A model generated the notes under the pieces. The model was not told the DNA's origin. It made no database searches and worked only from the letters and a program-made list of their open reading frames with translations. Below, in pieces: positions 16,116-25,747 of a stretch of DNA of 32,000 bases (the stretch's first letter is position 1; each line of letters begins with the position of its first letter). This stretch comes from Micrococcus luteus NCTC 2665 (GTDB taxonomy: Bacteria; Actinomycetota; Actinomycetes; Actinomycetales; Micrococcaceae), in assembly GCF_000023205.1 (NCBI RefSeq), contig NC_012803.1, forward strand, positions 1,140,001 to 1,172,000. The letters are read 5' to 3'. The position numbers and the translations under genes were made by a program.

Positions 16116-17105
16116 ATGACCCAGCCACGCCTCGCGCATCAGACCCCCCACGGACGCATGTACGCGCGCTCCCTCTCGGGCCTGCCCGAGGTCCCGTCCA
16201 TCACCACCGTGATCGGCATGGAGAAGACGGACCTGGACGGCTGGGTCGGGTGGATGGCGGCCCAGTCCGTGACCCAGGATCCGCGCCTGGCGGAATCCGT
16301 GGGCTCCGCGGCGCGCCTGAAGCAGGTGGCCCGGCAGTCCGCCGACGCCGCGGCCCGCTACCGGGACGCCGCGGCCGAGCGCGGGGACCGCGTGCACGAC
16401 TACGCCGAGCAGGTCGCCCAGCGCGCCCTCGGCCGCCCCCACACCATGGCGGAGGCCCGCGCGCGCCTGATCGAGCACGGTGAGGGTGCCTACGCGGACC
16501 GCTTCGACGAGTGGTGGGACCTCTACGACGTCCGGCCGATCGCGGCCGAGATCACCGTCTGGAACCACACCGTGGGCTACGCGGGCACCCTGGACCTCGT
16601 CGCCCGGATCGGCGGCCGGCTGTGCCTGATCGACTACAAGACGAAGGGCACGGGGCGGGACGGACGGGTCAAGGCGCTCGACCCCAAGGTGGTCATGCAG
16701 TTGACCGCCGGCCTGAAGGCGGAGGAGTCCCTCGTGGACCCCGAGGCCGGCACCTGGGAGGAGTGGCGGCACGGCCAGGCCGAGATGCTGCTCGGCGTCG
16801 CCCTGGGGGAGACCGAGGTCGCCGTGCACCAGGCCAACCCCGGTGTGCTGCCCCGCCACTGGCACAAGTTCTGGGCCCTGCGCCAGGTCTGGAAGCACGC
16901 GCAGGCCGTGGACGACGCCGGCCCCGCGCTCCGCCTCATCGGCCCGCCTCCGCCGTCGGTCCCGGCGTCGGCGGCCACCGGTCTGCAGGCCGTGCGCGCC
17001 GCGGCGTTCGGCGGCGGCTCCCACGCCGCCCCGGCCGTGGCGCCCGACGGGTCGTCGTCGCGCCCGGCGTCCGCCGCCGAGGGCGGCGATAGGGTGACGG
17101 CGTGA
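16116..17105 (+). CDS. PD-(D/E)XK (RecB/Cas4-like) nuclease family protein with Ala/Pro-rich disordered C-terminus
   Basis: H-x-Y...PSITTVIG...W N-terminal motif, catalytic core GYAGTLDLVARIGGRLCLIDYKTKG (D...D-x-K), downstream QLTAGLKAEE. ATG 16116 is preferred; GTG 16065 is the alternative. The stop overlaps the def GTG (GTGA). Confidence 0.7.
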   Translation: MTQPRLAHQTPHGRMYARSLSGLPEVPSITTVIGMEKTDLDGWVGWMAAQSVTQDPRLAESVGSAARLKQVARQSADAAARYRDAAAERGDRVHDYAEQVAQRALGRPHTMAEARARLIEHGEGAYADRFDEWWDLYDVRPIAAEITVWNHTVGYAGTLDLVARIGGRLCLIDYKTKGTGRDGRVKALDPKVVMQLTAGLKAEESLVDPEAGTWEEWRHGQAEMLLGVALGETEVAVHQANPGVLPRHWHKFWALRQVWKHAQAVDDAGPALRLIGPPPPSVPASAATGLQAVRAAAFGGGSHAAPAVAPDGSSSRPASAAEGGDRVTA

Positions 17106-17677
17106 CCGTCCTGCCCGTCCGCACCGTCCCCGACCCCGTCCTGCGCACCGCCGCGTCGCCCGTGCCCGCGGGCGCGGACGTGCGCGCCCTCGTGGCGGAC
17201 ATGATCGCGACGATGCACGCCGTCGGGGGCGTGGGCCTGGCCGCACCCCAGGTGGGCGTGGGTCTGCGCGTCTTCGTGTTCGACGTCGCCGGCGTCGCCG
17301 GGCACGTGGTCAATCCCGTGCTCGAGACCGCCGGGCAGGCGCTGCGGGAGCCAGGCGAGGGGTGTCTGTCCGTGCCCGGGCTGCGCTACCACCCGGCGCG
17401 TGACGCCGAGGCCGTCGTCCGCGGCACCGACGTCGACGGGAACCCGGTGGAGCACCGGGGGACCGGCCTGCTCGCCCGCTGCCTCCAGCACGAGACCGAC
17501 CACCTCGACGGGATCCTCTACGTCGACCGCCTCGACGGCGAGGAACGCCGTGAGGCCCGCCGCCGCATGCGCGCCGGCGAGGTGGACCGCGCCGCTCGCC
17601 GCATCGGGGCCGAGCGCGCGGCTGCCGTCAGCTCGGTCTTCGGCGCCCCCGCCGCCGGAGCGGGAGCCGCCCGATGA
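17102..17677 (+). CDS. def: peptide deformylase
   Basis: GVGLAAPQVG, EGCLSVPG and QHETDHLDG (HExxH) motifs. Confidence 0.93.
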   Translation: MTVLPVRTVPDPVLRTAASPVPAGADVRALVADMIATMHAVGGVGLAAPQVGVGLRVFVFDVAGVAGHVVNPVLETAGQALREPGEGCLSVPGLRYHPARDAEAVVRGTDVDGNPVEHRGTGLLARCLQHETDHLDGILYVDRLDGEERREARRRMRAGEVDRAARRIGAERAAAVSSVFGAPAAGAGAAR

Positions 17678-18774
17678 CCGCCCCGACGCCCCTGCGCGTG
17701 CTCTACGCCGGCACGCCCGAGACCGCCGTGCCCGCGCTGCGCGCCCTGCTCGACTCGCCCCACGAGGTCGTCGGCGTGCTCACCCGGCCGGACGCCCCGG
17801 TCGGGCGCCGGCGGGTGCTGACCCCGTCGCCGGTCGCGGTCACGGCAGAGGAGGCCGGCCTGCCCGTGCTCAAGGCCGACCGACTCCGCGGACCCGAGGG
17901 CGCCGATGCCCTCCAGGCGATCCGCGCGCTCGAGGCGGACGTGGCCGTCGTCGTCGCCTACGGGGCGCTCGTGCCCGCCGAGGCCCTGCAGATCCCCCGT
18001 CACGGCTGGCTCAACCTGCACTTCTCCGCGCTGCCGGCCTACCGCGGCGCCGCCCCCGTCCAGCGCGCCGTGATGGCCGGGGAGACCGAGATCGCCGCCG
18101 ACGTGTTCCAGCTCGAAGAGGGCCTGGACACCGGCCCCGTCTTCGCCCGGCTCACCCGCCCCGTCGCGGCCGACGAGACCGCCGGGGCCGTGCTCACCGA
18201 CCTCGCCGAGCGCGGCGGCCCGCTCGTGATCGACGTGCTCGACCGCCTGGCGGACGGCACCGCGACCGCCACGCCCCAGCGCGGCGAACCCACCCACGCG
18301 CCGAAGCTCACGGCCGCAGACGGCCTGGTGGACCCCGCCCGCCCGGCCGCCGAGGTGGCCGCCCGGATCAACGGCGTCACCCCCGAGCCCGGCGCCTGGG
18401 GCTGGCTGACCGCGGACGACGGTGCCGCCCCGGCCCGCTTCAAGCTCGACGGCGTCGCCCCGGTCCGTGCCGGCGACGACGGCTGGCCCTCCGATCTCGA
18501 CGCAGCGGCTCCCGGGCAGATCCTGGTGGCCGCGAAGGCCGCCTGGCTGCGCACCGCCGGCGGGGCCGTCCGGCTCTCCCGCGTCCAGCCGGCGGGCAGG
18601 AAGCTGATGCCGGCCGCCGACTGGGCACGCGGCGCCGCCGCCGGGGCCGCGCTGCTGGCCGGGGATGAGCTCGCCGACCACGAGGCGCAGGTCTGTCAGG
18701 AGGCCGCCGCTCGGGCGGCGGCACGCGAGGCCGCGCGGAACACCGCGGCACAGGACGAGGAGGCACACGCATGA
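17674..18774 (+). CDS. fmt: methionyl-tRNA formyltransferase (with about 50-aa C-terminal extension)
   Basis: ATGA overlap with def. RVLYAGTPETAVPAL, NLHFSALPAYRGAAPVQRAVMAGE. Lies in the def-fmt operon context. Confidence 0.92.
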   Translation: MTAPTPLRVLYAGTPETAVPALRALLDSPHEVVGVLTRPDAPVGRRRVLTPSPVAVTAEEAGLPVLKADRLRGPEGADALQAIRALEADVAVVVAYGALVPAEALQIPRHGWLNLHFSALPAYRGAAPVQRAVMAGETEIAADVFQLEEGLDTGPVFARLTRPVAADETAGAVLTDLAERGGPLVIDVLDRLADGTATATPQRGEPTHAPKLTAADGLVDPARPAAEVAARINGVTPEPGAWGWLTADDGAAPARFKLDGVAPVRAGDDGWPSDLDAAAPGQILVAAKAAWLRTAGGAVRLSRVQPAGRKLMPAADWARGAAAGAALLAGDELADHEAQVCQEAAARAAAREAARNTAAQDEEAHA

Positions 18775-20402
18775 GCCGCGAAGGACAGCCAGGACAGGGC
18801 CGGGGCGAGCGAGGGACCCGCGGAGAACGCGGCCGCGCACCCCGGCCGGACGCCCAGGACCGCCGCGACGCGCAGGGGCGCACCCGCAACCGGGGTCGCT
18901 CCGGCGCCGCGCGGAAGTACTCGGCGCAGGCGCCGTCGCAGCGCTCCCGCACCGCCGACCCGGCGCGCCGCGTCGCCTTCGGGGTGGTCCGCTCCGTCCA
19001 CGCCGAGGACGCGTACGCGAACCTGGTCCTCCCGGCGCGCATCCGCCAGGCCCGCCTCGACCGGCGCGACGCCGGCTTCGCCACCGAACTCGCCTACGGC
19101 ACCCTGCGCGGGCTCGGCCTGTACGACGCGATCCTGACCCGCTGCGTGGACCGCCCGCTCGAGAAGATCGACCCACCCGTGCTCGACGCCCTGCGGCTCG
19201 GCGCCCACCAGCTGCTGGGCATGCGCGTGCCCGCCCACGCCGCCCTCGACGCCACCGTCTCCCTCGTGCGCGCCGAGGTCGGGGCCGGCGCCTCCGGGTT
19301 CGTGAACGCGGTGCTGCGTCGGATCGCCGAACGCCCCCTCGAGGAGTGGCTGGCCGACGTCGCCCCCGCCGACGGCGGCGACGCCGCCCTGGCCGTCCGC
19401 ACCTCGCACCCGGTGTGGATCGTCCGCGCGCTGCGCCAGGCCCTGGCCGCCCACCGCGGCACCCGCCACATCGCAGACCGCGACGCCGAGCTGGCCGCCC
19501 TGCTTGAGGCGAACAACGCCCCGCCCGTGGTCAACCTCGTCGCCCTGCCCGTGGCCGGCGGGGCCGAAGCGCTCGCCGCGGCCCTCGACGACGGCGCCGA
19601 ACCTGGGCCGCTGGCCCCGGACTCCGCCCTGCACTCCGGCGGCGACGCCGGCCGCCTGCCCGGGGTGCGCGAGGGCGTGCTCCGCGTCCAGGACGCCGGC
19701 TCCCAGCTCACCGCCCGCGCCCTGGCGCACGTGCCCGTCCCCGCGGCCGAGGGGCGGGCCGAGCGCTGGCTCGACCTGTGCGCCGGCCCCGGCGGCAAGG
19801 CGGCCCTGCTGGCTGCCCTCGCCGCCGAGCGGGGGGCGACGCTCGTGGCCAACGAGGTCGCCCCACACCGCGCCGACCTCGTCCGGCAGGCACTCGCCGC
19901 CGTGCCCGCCGGCGCCTGGACCGTCCGGGCCGGGGACGGTCGCACGATCGCCGACGCCCCCGAGGCGGCCCCGGCGTTCGATCGCGTCCTCGTGGACGCC
20001 CCCTGCACCGGCCTCGGTGCGCTGCGCCGCCGACCCGAGTCGCGCTGGCGCCGCACCCCGGCCGACCTCGCCGAGCTCACCGGCCTGCAGGCCGAGCTGC
20101 TCGACGCGGCGGTCGCCGTCCTCGCCCCCGGCGGGGTGCTCGCCTACGTGACCTGCTCCCCGCACGTCGCGGAGACCGTCGTCCAGGTCCAGGACCTCGT
20201 GCGCCGCCACCCCGAGCTGGAGCTGCTCGACGCCCGCACCGCCCTCGACGCCGTCGCGCTCGACGACCTGCGCCTGGACGAGGCCGAACCCGCCGGCGCG
20301 CCGGAGCCGGCAGACGTGGTCGCCCGCACGGCCCAGCTCTGGCCGCACCGGCACGGCACCGACGCCATGTTCCTGGCCCTGCTGCGCGCCCCCGGCGCCT
20401 GA
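18771..20402 (+). CDS. rsmB: 16S rRNA (cytosine967-C5)-methyltransferase RsmB/Sun with Arg/Gly-rich N-terminal extension
   Basis: ATGA overlap with fmt. NusB-like region ([16 protein letters not shown]), SAM methyltransferase motifs ([40 protein letters not shown]). Confidence 0.9.
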   Translation: MSREGQPGQGRGERGTRGERGRAPRPDAQDRRDAQGRTRNRGRSGAARKYSAQAPSQRSRTADPARRVAFGVVRSVHAEDAYANLVLPARIRQARLDRRDAGFATELAYGTLRGLGLYDAILTRCVDRPLEKIDPPVLDALRLGAHQLLGMRVPAHAALDATVSLVRAEVGAGASGFVNAVLRRIAERPLEEWLADVAPADGGDAALAVRTSHPVWIVRALRQALAAHRGTRHIADRDAELAALLEANNAPPVVNLVALPVAGGAEALAAALDDGAEPGPLAPDSALHSGGDAGRLPGVREGVLRVQDAGSQLTARALAHVPVPAAEGRAERWLDLCAGPGGKAALLAALAAERGATLVANEVAPHRADLVRQALAAVPAGAWTVRAGDGRTIADAPEAAPAFDRVLVDAPCTGLGALRRRPESRWRRTPADLAELTGLQAELLDAAVAVLAPGGVLAYVTCSPHVAETVVQVQDLVRRHPELELLDARTALDAVALDDLRLDEAEPAGAPEPADVVARTAQLWPHRHGTDAMFLALLRAPGA

Positions 20403-20418
20403 CCGAGAGGACCCGACC

Positions 20419-21090
20419 ATGACCGCCCGCCCCCCGCGCCTGCACCCCTCGATCCTGTCCGCGGACTTCGCCCGCCTCGCCGACGAGCTGGCCCGCATCC
20501 CCAGCGCGGACGCGGTGCACGTGGACGTCATGGACAACCACTTCGTCCCGAACCTCACCCTCGGCCTGCCCGTGGTCGAGGCGATCCGCCGCGCCACCGA
20601 CCTGCCGCTGGACCTCCACCTGATGATCGAGGACGCCGACCGCTGGGCGCCCGGCTACGCGGAGGCGGGGGCCGAGTCCGTCACCTTCCACGCCGAGGCC
20701 TCGGCGGCGCCCGTCCGACTGGCCCGCGAGCTGCGCGCGGCCGGAGCGAAGGCCGGCATGGCGCTGCGGCCGGCGACCGCGGTCGAGCCCTACCTGGACA
20801 TGCTCCCGGAGCTGGACATGCTCCTGCTGATGACCGTGGAGCCCGGCTTCGGGGGGCAGGCGTTCCTCGACGTCGTGCTGCCGAAGATCCGCCGGGCACG
20901 CCACGCCCTCGACGGCGGGCCCGCCCCGCTGGCCCTCCAGGTCGACGGCGGCGTGAACCGGGAGACCATCGAACGCGCGGCCGAGGCCGGGGCCGACGTG
21001 TTCGTGGCCGGCTCCGCGGTGTTCGGCGCCGAGGACCCCGACGCCGCGCTCGTCGGCCTGCGCACCGCCGCCGCCCGCGCCTGCCACTGA
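20419..21090 (+). CDS. rpe: ribulose-phosphate 3-epimerase
   Basis: [43 protein letters not shown]. Confidence 0.93.
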   Translation: MTARPPRLHPSILSADFARLADELARIPSADAVHVDVMDNHFVPNLTLGLPVVEAIRRATDLPLDLHLMIEDADRWAPGYAEAGAESVTFHAEASAAPVRLARELRAAGAKAGMALRPATAVEPYLDMLPELDMLLLMTVEPGFGGQAFLDVVLPKIRRARHALDGGPAPLALQVDGGVNRETIERAAEAGADVFVAGSAVFGAEDPDAALVGLRTAAARACH

Positions 21091-21120
21091 GCCCGGCGAC
21101 GCGGTCGCCCGGCCGCCGCG

Positions 21121-21145
21121 CCGGACGTCGTCCGGTGACGTCCGG
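21121..21145 (+). terminator. stem-loop downstream of rpe
   Basis: CCGGACGTC-gtccggt-GACGTCCGG, a 9-bp perfect stem 30 nt after the rpe stop. No U-tract. Confidence 0.4.
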
Positions 21146-21168
21146 CATGCGCGGCCGGCCGGGCGTGC

Positions 21169-21174
21169 GATACT
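21169..21174 (+). promoter_or_regulatory. candidate -10 (GATACT) for the riboswitch-rib operon transcript
   Basis: Hexamer lies about 12 nt upstream of the first conserved riboswitch nucleotides. Sequence-only prediction. Confidence 0.3.
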
Positions 21175-21185
21175 GCTGGACAGCA

Positions 21186-21330
21186 ACGTGCTCCGAGATG
21201 CGGTGGAAGTCCGCACCGGCGGTGACAGCCCGCTAACCGCGCGGCCCGTCCTCATCCGAGGCGGTGCCGGGCGGCCTGACCGGTGGAATTCCGGTGCCGA
21301 CCGTACAGTCGGGATGGGAGAGGCACGCGG
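21186..21330 (+). promoter_or_regulatory. FMN riboswitch (RFN element)
   Basis: Conserved RFN core segments: GCGGTGGAAGTCCGCACCGGCGGTGACAGCCCGC and CTGACCGGTGGAATTCCGGTGCCGACCGTACAGTCGGGATGGGAGAGGCAC. P1 candidate is GTGCTCC / GGGAGAGGCAC. Downstream, the hairpin CCTCGGA (21375-81) / TCCGAGG (21389-95) overlaps the SD GAGGAGG, suggesting translational control. Confidence 0.9.
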
Positions 21331-21411
21331 CGGAGCCGTTCCGCGCCCTGCGCGGGAGGGCTGCGGAGCGCACCCCTCGGAGTCCCGATCCGAGGAGGTG
21401 GCGTCACGGTC

Positions 21412-22116
21412 ATGGACTGGTTAGTGGACGCCTTCAACTGGACCATCCCGGTCGCCGGCGGGGGCCTGCTCATGCGCGAGGTGCTGGGCAACGTCTTCGG
21501 CCTCGCCTCCGCCCTGGGCGGCATGGCGCGCAGGGTCTGGGCCTGGCCCGTGGGCATCCTCGGCAACCTCATCCTGCTGACGGTCTTCCTCGCCTCCCTG
21601 TTCACGGGGGCCGATCACGCCACCCTGCTCGGCCAGGCCGGCCGACAGGTCATGTTCATCGCCGTCTCCGTCTACGGCTGGGCGCGCTGGCGTCAGGCCC
21701 GCCGGGGCCACGCCGAGGACGCTCCCGCCATCACCCCGGAGTGGGCCGGCTGGCGCGGGCGCGTGTTCCTCGTGACGGCCATGGCGGTCGGCACCGTCGC
21801 CCTCACCCCCGTGTTCCGCGCCCTGGGTTCGTGGGAGCCGGTGTGGGCGGACGCCTGGACGTTCGTGGGATCGCTGCTGGCGACCTACGGCATGGCGCGC
21901 GGCTGGGTGGAGTTCTGGCTGATCTGGGTGGCCGTGGACGTCGTCGGCGTGCCCCTGCTGTGGAGCACCGGCTACTACGCCTCGGCCGTGATGTACGCCT
22001 TCTACGGCGCCTTCACCCTGATCGGCTTCTTCGTGTGGCTGCGCGCCACAGACCGGGACAAGCCCGCCGTGGAGACGCTGCTGCCCGACGGCCCCGAGGG
22101 GGACGTCGCCCGATGA
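21412..22116 (+). CDS. pnuX: PnuC-family transporter, predicted riboflavin importer (PnuX/RibM type)
   Basis: Track ORF trimmed to the ATG at 21412, preceded by GAGGAGG. Multi-TM protein with Pnu-like Trp-rich motifs (YGWARW, WVEFWLIWVAVD). It is the first gene after the FMN riboswitch, as for PnuX/RibM in other Actinobacteria. Confidence 0.8.
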   Translation: MDWLVDAFNWTIPVAGGGLLMREVLGNVFGLASALGGMARRVWAWPVGILGNLILLTVFLASLFTGADHATLLGQAGRQVMFIAVSVYGWARWRQARRGHAEDAPAITPEWAGWRGRVFLVTAMAVGTVALTPVFRALGSWEPVWADAWTFVGSLLATYGMARGWVEFWLIWVAVDVVGVPLLWSTGYYASAVMYAFYGAFTLIGFFVWLRATDRDKPAVETLLPDGPEGDVAR

Positions 22117-23246
22117 GCGCCGCCGAGACCCCGCCCGCCGACCCCATGGACCTCGCCGTCCACGCCGCGCTGCGCGGTGTGCGCGGCGCCAACCCCCTCG
22201 TCGGGGCCGTCCTGACCGACGAGGCCGGCCGCGTCCTGGCCGTCGGCCACCACCGCGGACGGGGGACCGCCCACGCCGAGGTCGACGCCCTCGCCCGCTG
22301 GCGGGCCGCCCGCGCCGCGGATCCGGCCCTGGCCGCCCTCGACCCCGCCGGCCTGACGCTGCACGTCACCCTCGAGCCCTGCGACCACACCGGCAGCACC
22401 GGCCCCTGCTCCCAGGCCGTCCTGGACGCGGAGATCGGCGCACTGCGCTACGCCGTCGCGGACCCCACCGGTCACGACGGCGGCGGCGCGGCCCGCCTCG
22501 CCGCGCACGGGGTGCACGTCACCGGCCCCACCGGCGAGACGGCCGCCCTCACGCTCACCGCCCGCTGGCGCGAGGTCCGCGACGCAGGCCGCCCATGGGT
22601 GACCGGACACCTCGCCCAGTCCCTCGACGGCCACGCCGCGGCCGCCGACGGCACGAGCCAGTGGATCACCGGCCCGGACTCCCGCGTCCACGCCCACAAG
22701 GTGCGCTCCCGCGTCGACGCCATCGTCGTCGGCACGGGGACCGTCCTGGCCGACGACCCCCGCCTCACCGCCCGTGACGCCGTCGGCGCCGAACTCGCGC
22801 ACCAGCCCGTGCCCGTCGTCCAGGGTCACCGGCCCGTGCCCGACGGCGCCGCCCTGCGCACCCACCCGGTGGTGCTGGAGGTCCTCGACCACGACCCGCA
22901 CGCCGTCCTGGCCGCGCTCGCGGCCCACCCCGGGCCCTGGCCCCACGGCCGCCGTGCCGAGCACGTGCTCATCGAGGGCGGGCCCCGCGTGCTCGGCGCG
23001 TGGCTGCGCGCCGGCCTCGTGGACGAGCTCATGGTCTACACCGCGCCCCTGCTGCTCGGCCCGGGCCGCGCCGCCGTCGCCGGCCTGGACGTCGCCACGC
23101 TGTCCGAGGGACTGCGCTGGCACCCCGACCCCGCGGAGGGCGGCCCCGTCCGTGCCCTCGGCGTCGACGTCTGGACCCACCTGAGCCCGGTGCCGGCCCC
23201 GCGCCTGCCCACCGCCCCCGCCCCGACCCGTTTCCAGGAGGACTGA
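22113..23246 (+). CDS. ribD: bifunctional diaminohydroxyphosphoribosylaminopyrimidine deaminase / 5-amino-6-(5-phosphoribosylamino)uracil reductase
   Basis: ATGA overlap with pnuX. Deaminase zinc motifs HAEVDAL and LEPCDHTGSTGPC; reductase part SLDGHAAAADGTSQWITG. Confidence 0.9.
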   Translation: MSAAETPPADPMDLAVHAALRGVRGANPLVGAVLTDEAGRVLAVGHHRGRGTAHAEVDALARWRAARAADPALAALDPAGLTLHVTLEPCDHTGSTGPCSQAVLDAEIGALRYAVADPTGHDGGGAARLAAHGVHVTGPTGETAALTLTARWREVRDAGRPWVTGHLAQSLDGHAAAADGTSQWITGPDSRVHAHKVRSRVDAIVVGTGTVLADDPRLTARDAVGAELAHQPVPVVQGHRPVPDGAALRTHPVVLEVLDHDPHAVLAALAAHPGPWPHGRRAEHVLIEGGPRVLGAWLRAGLVDELMVYTAPLLLGPGRAAVAGLDVATLSEGLRWHPDPAEGGPVRALGVDVWTHLSPVPAPRLPTAPAPTRFQED

Positions 23247-23903
23247 GTGTTCACCGGCATCGTCACCCATCTCGGCACCGTCGTCGCCCTCGAGCACGAC
23301 GCGGCCGCCGACACCGCCCTGCTGACCCTCGACGCCGGCGGCGCCCTCGACGGGCTGCCCGCCGGCGGCTCGCTCGCCGTCGACGGCGTGTGCCTCACGG
23401 CCCTCGACGAGCCCACGGAGCGCCCCGGCGTGTTCCGTGCCGACCTCATGGGCCAGACGCTGCGCATGACCAGCCTCGGCGACCGCGCCCCGGGGGACCG
23501 GGTCAACCTCGAGCGCTGCCTGCGCCCCACCGACCACCTGGACGGGCACGTGGTCCAGGGCCACGTGGACGGGACCGGCGAGGTCCTCGCGGTCACCCCG
23601 CACGGGGCCTGGACCACTCTGCGCATCGGCCTGCCCGCCCGCCTGGCCCGCTACGTCCCCGCGCAGGGGGCCATCGCCCTGCAGGGCGTCTCCCTCACCG
23701 TCACCGCCGTCTCCGACCCGGGCGCGGCCGCGCACTGGTTCGAGGTCGGCATCATCCCGGCCACGCTCGAGGCCACCACCCTGGGCGCCCTGCGGCCGGG
23801 CGACCGCGTCAACCTCGAGACCGACGTGCTCGCCCGGTACGCCGAGCGTCTCGCGCTCATCCCGTCCGCCCCCGCCGCACCCACCGAGGAGGCCCGCCCG
23901 TGA
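23247..23903 (+). CDS. ribE: riboflavin synthase
   Basis: GTG immediately after the ribD stop. MFTGIV N-terminus; duplicated SLAVDGVCLT / AIALQGVSLT barrels. Confidence 0.92.
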   Translation: MFTGIVTHLGTVVALEHDAAADTALLTLDAGGALDGLPAGGSLAVDGVCLTALDEPTERPGVFRADLMGQTLRMTSLGDRAPGDRVNLERCLRPTDHLDGHVVQGHVDGTGEVLAVTPHGAWTTLRIGLPARLARYVPAQGAIALQGVSLTVTAVSDPGAAAHWFEVGIIPATLEATTLGALRPGDRVNLETDVLARYAERLALIPSAPAAPTEEARP

Positions 23904-25213
23904 GCGAGCACATCCGTCTGGACCCCGTCCCCGCGGCGATCGCCGCGATCGCCGCCGGCCGGCCGGTCGTCGTCGTGGACGACGCCGACCGCGAGAACGA
24001 GGGCGACCTGATCTACGCCGCCGCCCTGGCCACCGACGAGGTCACCGCCTTCACCGTCCGCCACACCTCGGGCGTCATCTGCGCGCCCCTGCCGGCCGGC
24101 CTGGCCGACCGCCTGGCCCTGCCGCCCATGACCACCGTCAACGAGGACCCCAAGGGCACCGCCTACACCGTGTCCGTCGACGCCGCCGCCGGCGTCACCA
24201 CCGGCATCTCCGCCGCCGACCGCACCCGCACCCTCCGCGTGCTCGCCGACCCCGGTGCCGCCCCCGGCGACCTGACCCGGCCCGGTCACGTGTTCCCCCT
24301 GCGCGCCGTCCCCGGCGGCGTCCGGGCCCGCCGCGGCCACACCGAGGCCGGCGTCGAGCTGTGCCGCCTGGCCGGCGTCGCGCCCGTGGCCGCCATCGCC
24401 GAGCTCGTCCACGACGACGGCACCATGATGCGCCTGCCCGCCCTGCGGGAGTTCTCCGACGAGCACGGCCTCGTGCTGATCTCCATCGAGGACCTCGTGG
24501 CCCACCTGGAGGAGACGACGCCGGCCCTGACCGCCGTCCCCGCCGAGGCCACCCTGCCGACCCGACACGGCCTGTTCCGCGTGAGCGTCCACGTGGACGC
24601 CGAGACCGGGGCCGAGCACCTGCTGCTCGTGGCGGGGGAGACCGACCCGGAGCGTCCCCTCACCGTCCGCGTGCACTCGGAGTGCCTCACCGGCGACGTG
24701 CTCGGCTCCCTGCGCTGCGACTGCGGCCCCCAGCTCGAGGACGCCCTGGCCCGCGCGGCGGCCGAGGGCGGCGCCGTCCTCTACCTCCGGGGCCACGAAG
24801 GACGCGGCATCGGCCTGGCCAACAAGATCCGCGCCTACCGGCTCCAGGAGGAGGGGATGGACACCGTCGAGGCCAACCTCGCCCTCGGTCTGCCCGCCGA
24901 GGCGCGCGACTGGGCCGGGGCCGCCGCCGTCCTCACGGCCGCCGGCCATCGGCGCATCCGCCTGGTCACCAACAACCCCGCGAAGGTCGCGGGGCTGCGG
25001 GCGGCCGGCATCGACGTCGTCGAGCGTGTCCCGGCCCCCACGCCCGTCACCGAGCACAACGTCGTCTACCTGCGCACCAAGCGGGACCGCATGGCCCACG
25101 CCCTGGCGGACCGCGTGCTCGAACCGCCGACGGCCACCGGCGGCCCCGCCACGCCGGCCGATGACCCGACCACCGACCCGACCCACCCCACCCACCAGGA
25201 GGACACCCCATGA
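23900..25213 (+). CDS. ribBA: bifunctional 3,4-dihydroxy-2-butanone-4-phosphate synthase / GTP cyclohydrolase II
   Basis: GTGA overlap with ribE. DRENEGDL and GHTEA (DHBP synthase); [23 protein letters not shown] (GCH II). Confidence 0.93.
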   Translation: MSEHIRLDPVPAAIAAIAAGRPVVVVDDADRENEGDLIYAAALATDEVTAFTVRHTSGVICAPLPAGLADRLALPPMTTVNEDPKGTAYTVSVDAAAGVTTGISAADRTRTLRVLADPGAAPGDLTRPGHVFPLRAVPGGVRARRGHTEAGVELCRLAGVAPVAAIAELVHDDGTMMRLPALREFSDEHGLVLISIEDLVAHLEETTPALTAVPAEATLPTRHGLFRVSVHVDAETGAEHLLLVAGETDPERPLTVRVHSECLTGDVLGSLRCDCGPQLEDALARAAAEGGAVLYLRGHEGRGIGLANKIRAYRLQEEGMDTVEANLALGLPAEARDWAGAAAVLTAAGHRRIRLVTNNPAKVAGLRAAGIDVVERVPAPTPVTEHNVVYLRTKRDRMAHALADRVLEPPTATGGPATPADDPTTDPTHPTHQEDTP

Positions 25214-25686
25214 GCGGCGCCGGAGCCCCGACCTTCACCCCCGACCCCGCCGCTGCGAGCGGCCTGAACGTGGCGATCGTCGCCGCCCAGTGGCACACGG
25301 AGATCATGGACGGGCTGATCGCCGGGGCGCAGGCCGCCGCGGCGGATTTGGGCCTGGAACCCGTGCTCGTGCGCGTGCCCGGCACCGTCGAGCTCACCGT
25401 CGCCGCGGCGCGGCTGGCGGAGCGATTCGACGTCGTCGTGGTCCTGGGCGTCGTGGTGCGCGGGGACACCCCGCACTTCGACTACGTGTGCCAGTCCGTG
25501 ACCCAGGGCGTGACGGAGGTCTCGGTGCGCACAGGCGTTCCCGTGGGCTTCGGCGTGCTCACCGTGGACACCGAGCAGCAGGCCCGCGACCGGGCGGGCC
25601 TGCCCGGATCCCGCGAGGACAAGGGCCGCGAGGCCCTCGAGGCGGCGGTGCTCACCGAGCTCGCGCTGCGCCGGGCCGGGGCCTGA
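25210..25686 (+). CDS. ribH: 6,7-dimethyl-8-ribityllumazine synthase
   Basis: ATGA overlap with rib[36 protein letters not shown]. Confidence 0.93.
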   Translation: MSGAGAPTFTPDPAAASGLNVAIVAAQWHTEIMDGLIAGAQAAAADLGLEPVLVRVPGTVELTVAAARLAERFDVVVVLGVVVRGDTPHFDYVCQSVTQGVTEVSVRTGVPVGFGVLTVDTEQQARDRAGLPGSREDKGREALEAAVLTELALRRAGA

Positions 25687-25720
25687 GCCGGGTCGTCACA
25701 CGACGACGACCGCGCCCGGC
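25687..25720 (+). terminator. stem-loop after ribH
   Basis: GCCGGGTCGTC...GACGACC(GCG)CCCGGC, an imperfect GC-rich hairpin starting directly after the ribH stop. Confidence 0.35.
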
Positions 25721-25735
25721 CCGACCGCGCGCGGC

Positions 25736-25741
25736 TAGGGT
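25736..25741 (+). promoter_or_regulatory. candidate -10 (TAGGGT) positioned for a leaderless hisE transcript
   Basis: TANNNT hexamer ends 6 nt before the hisE GTG, and there is no SD in between. Confidence 0.35.
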
Positions 25742-25747
25742 GGTCCC

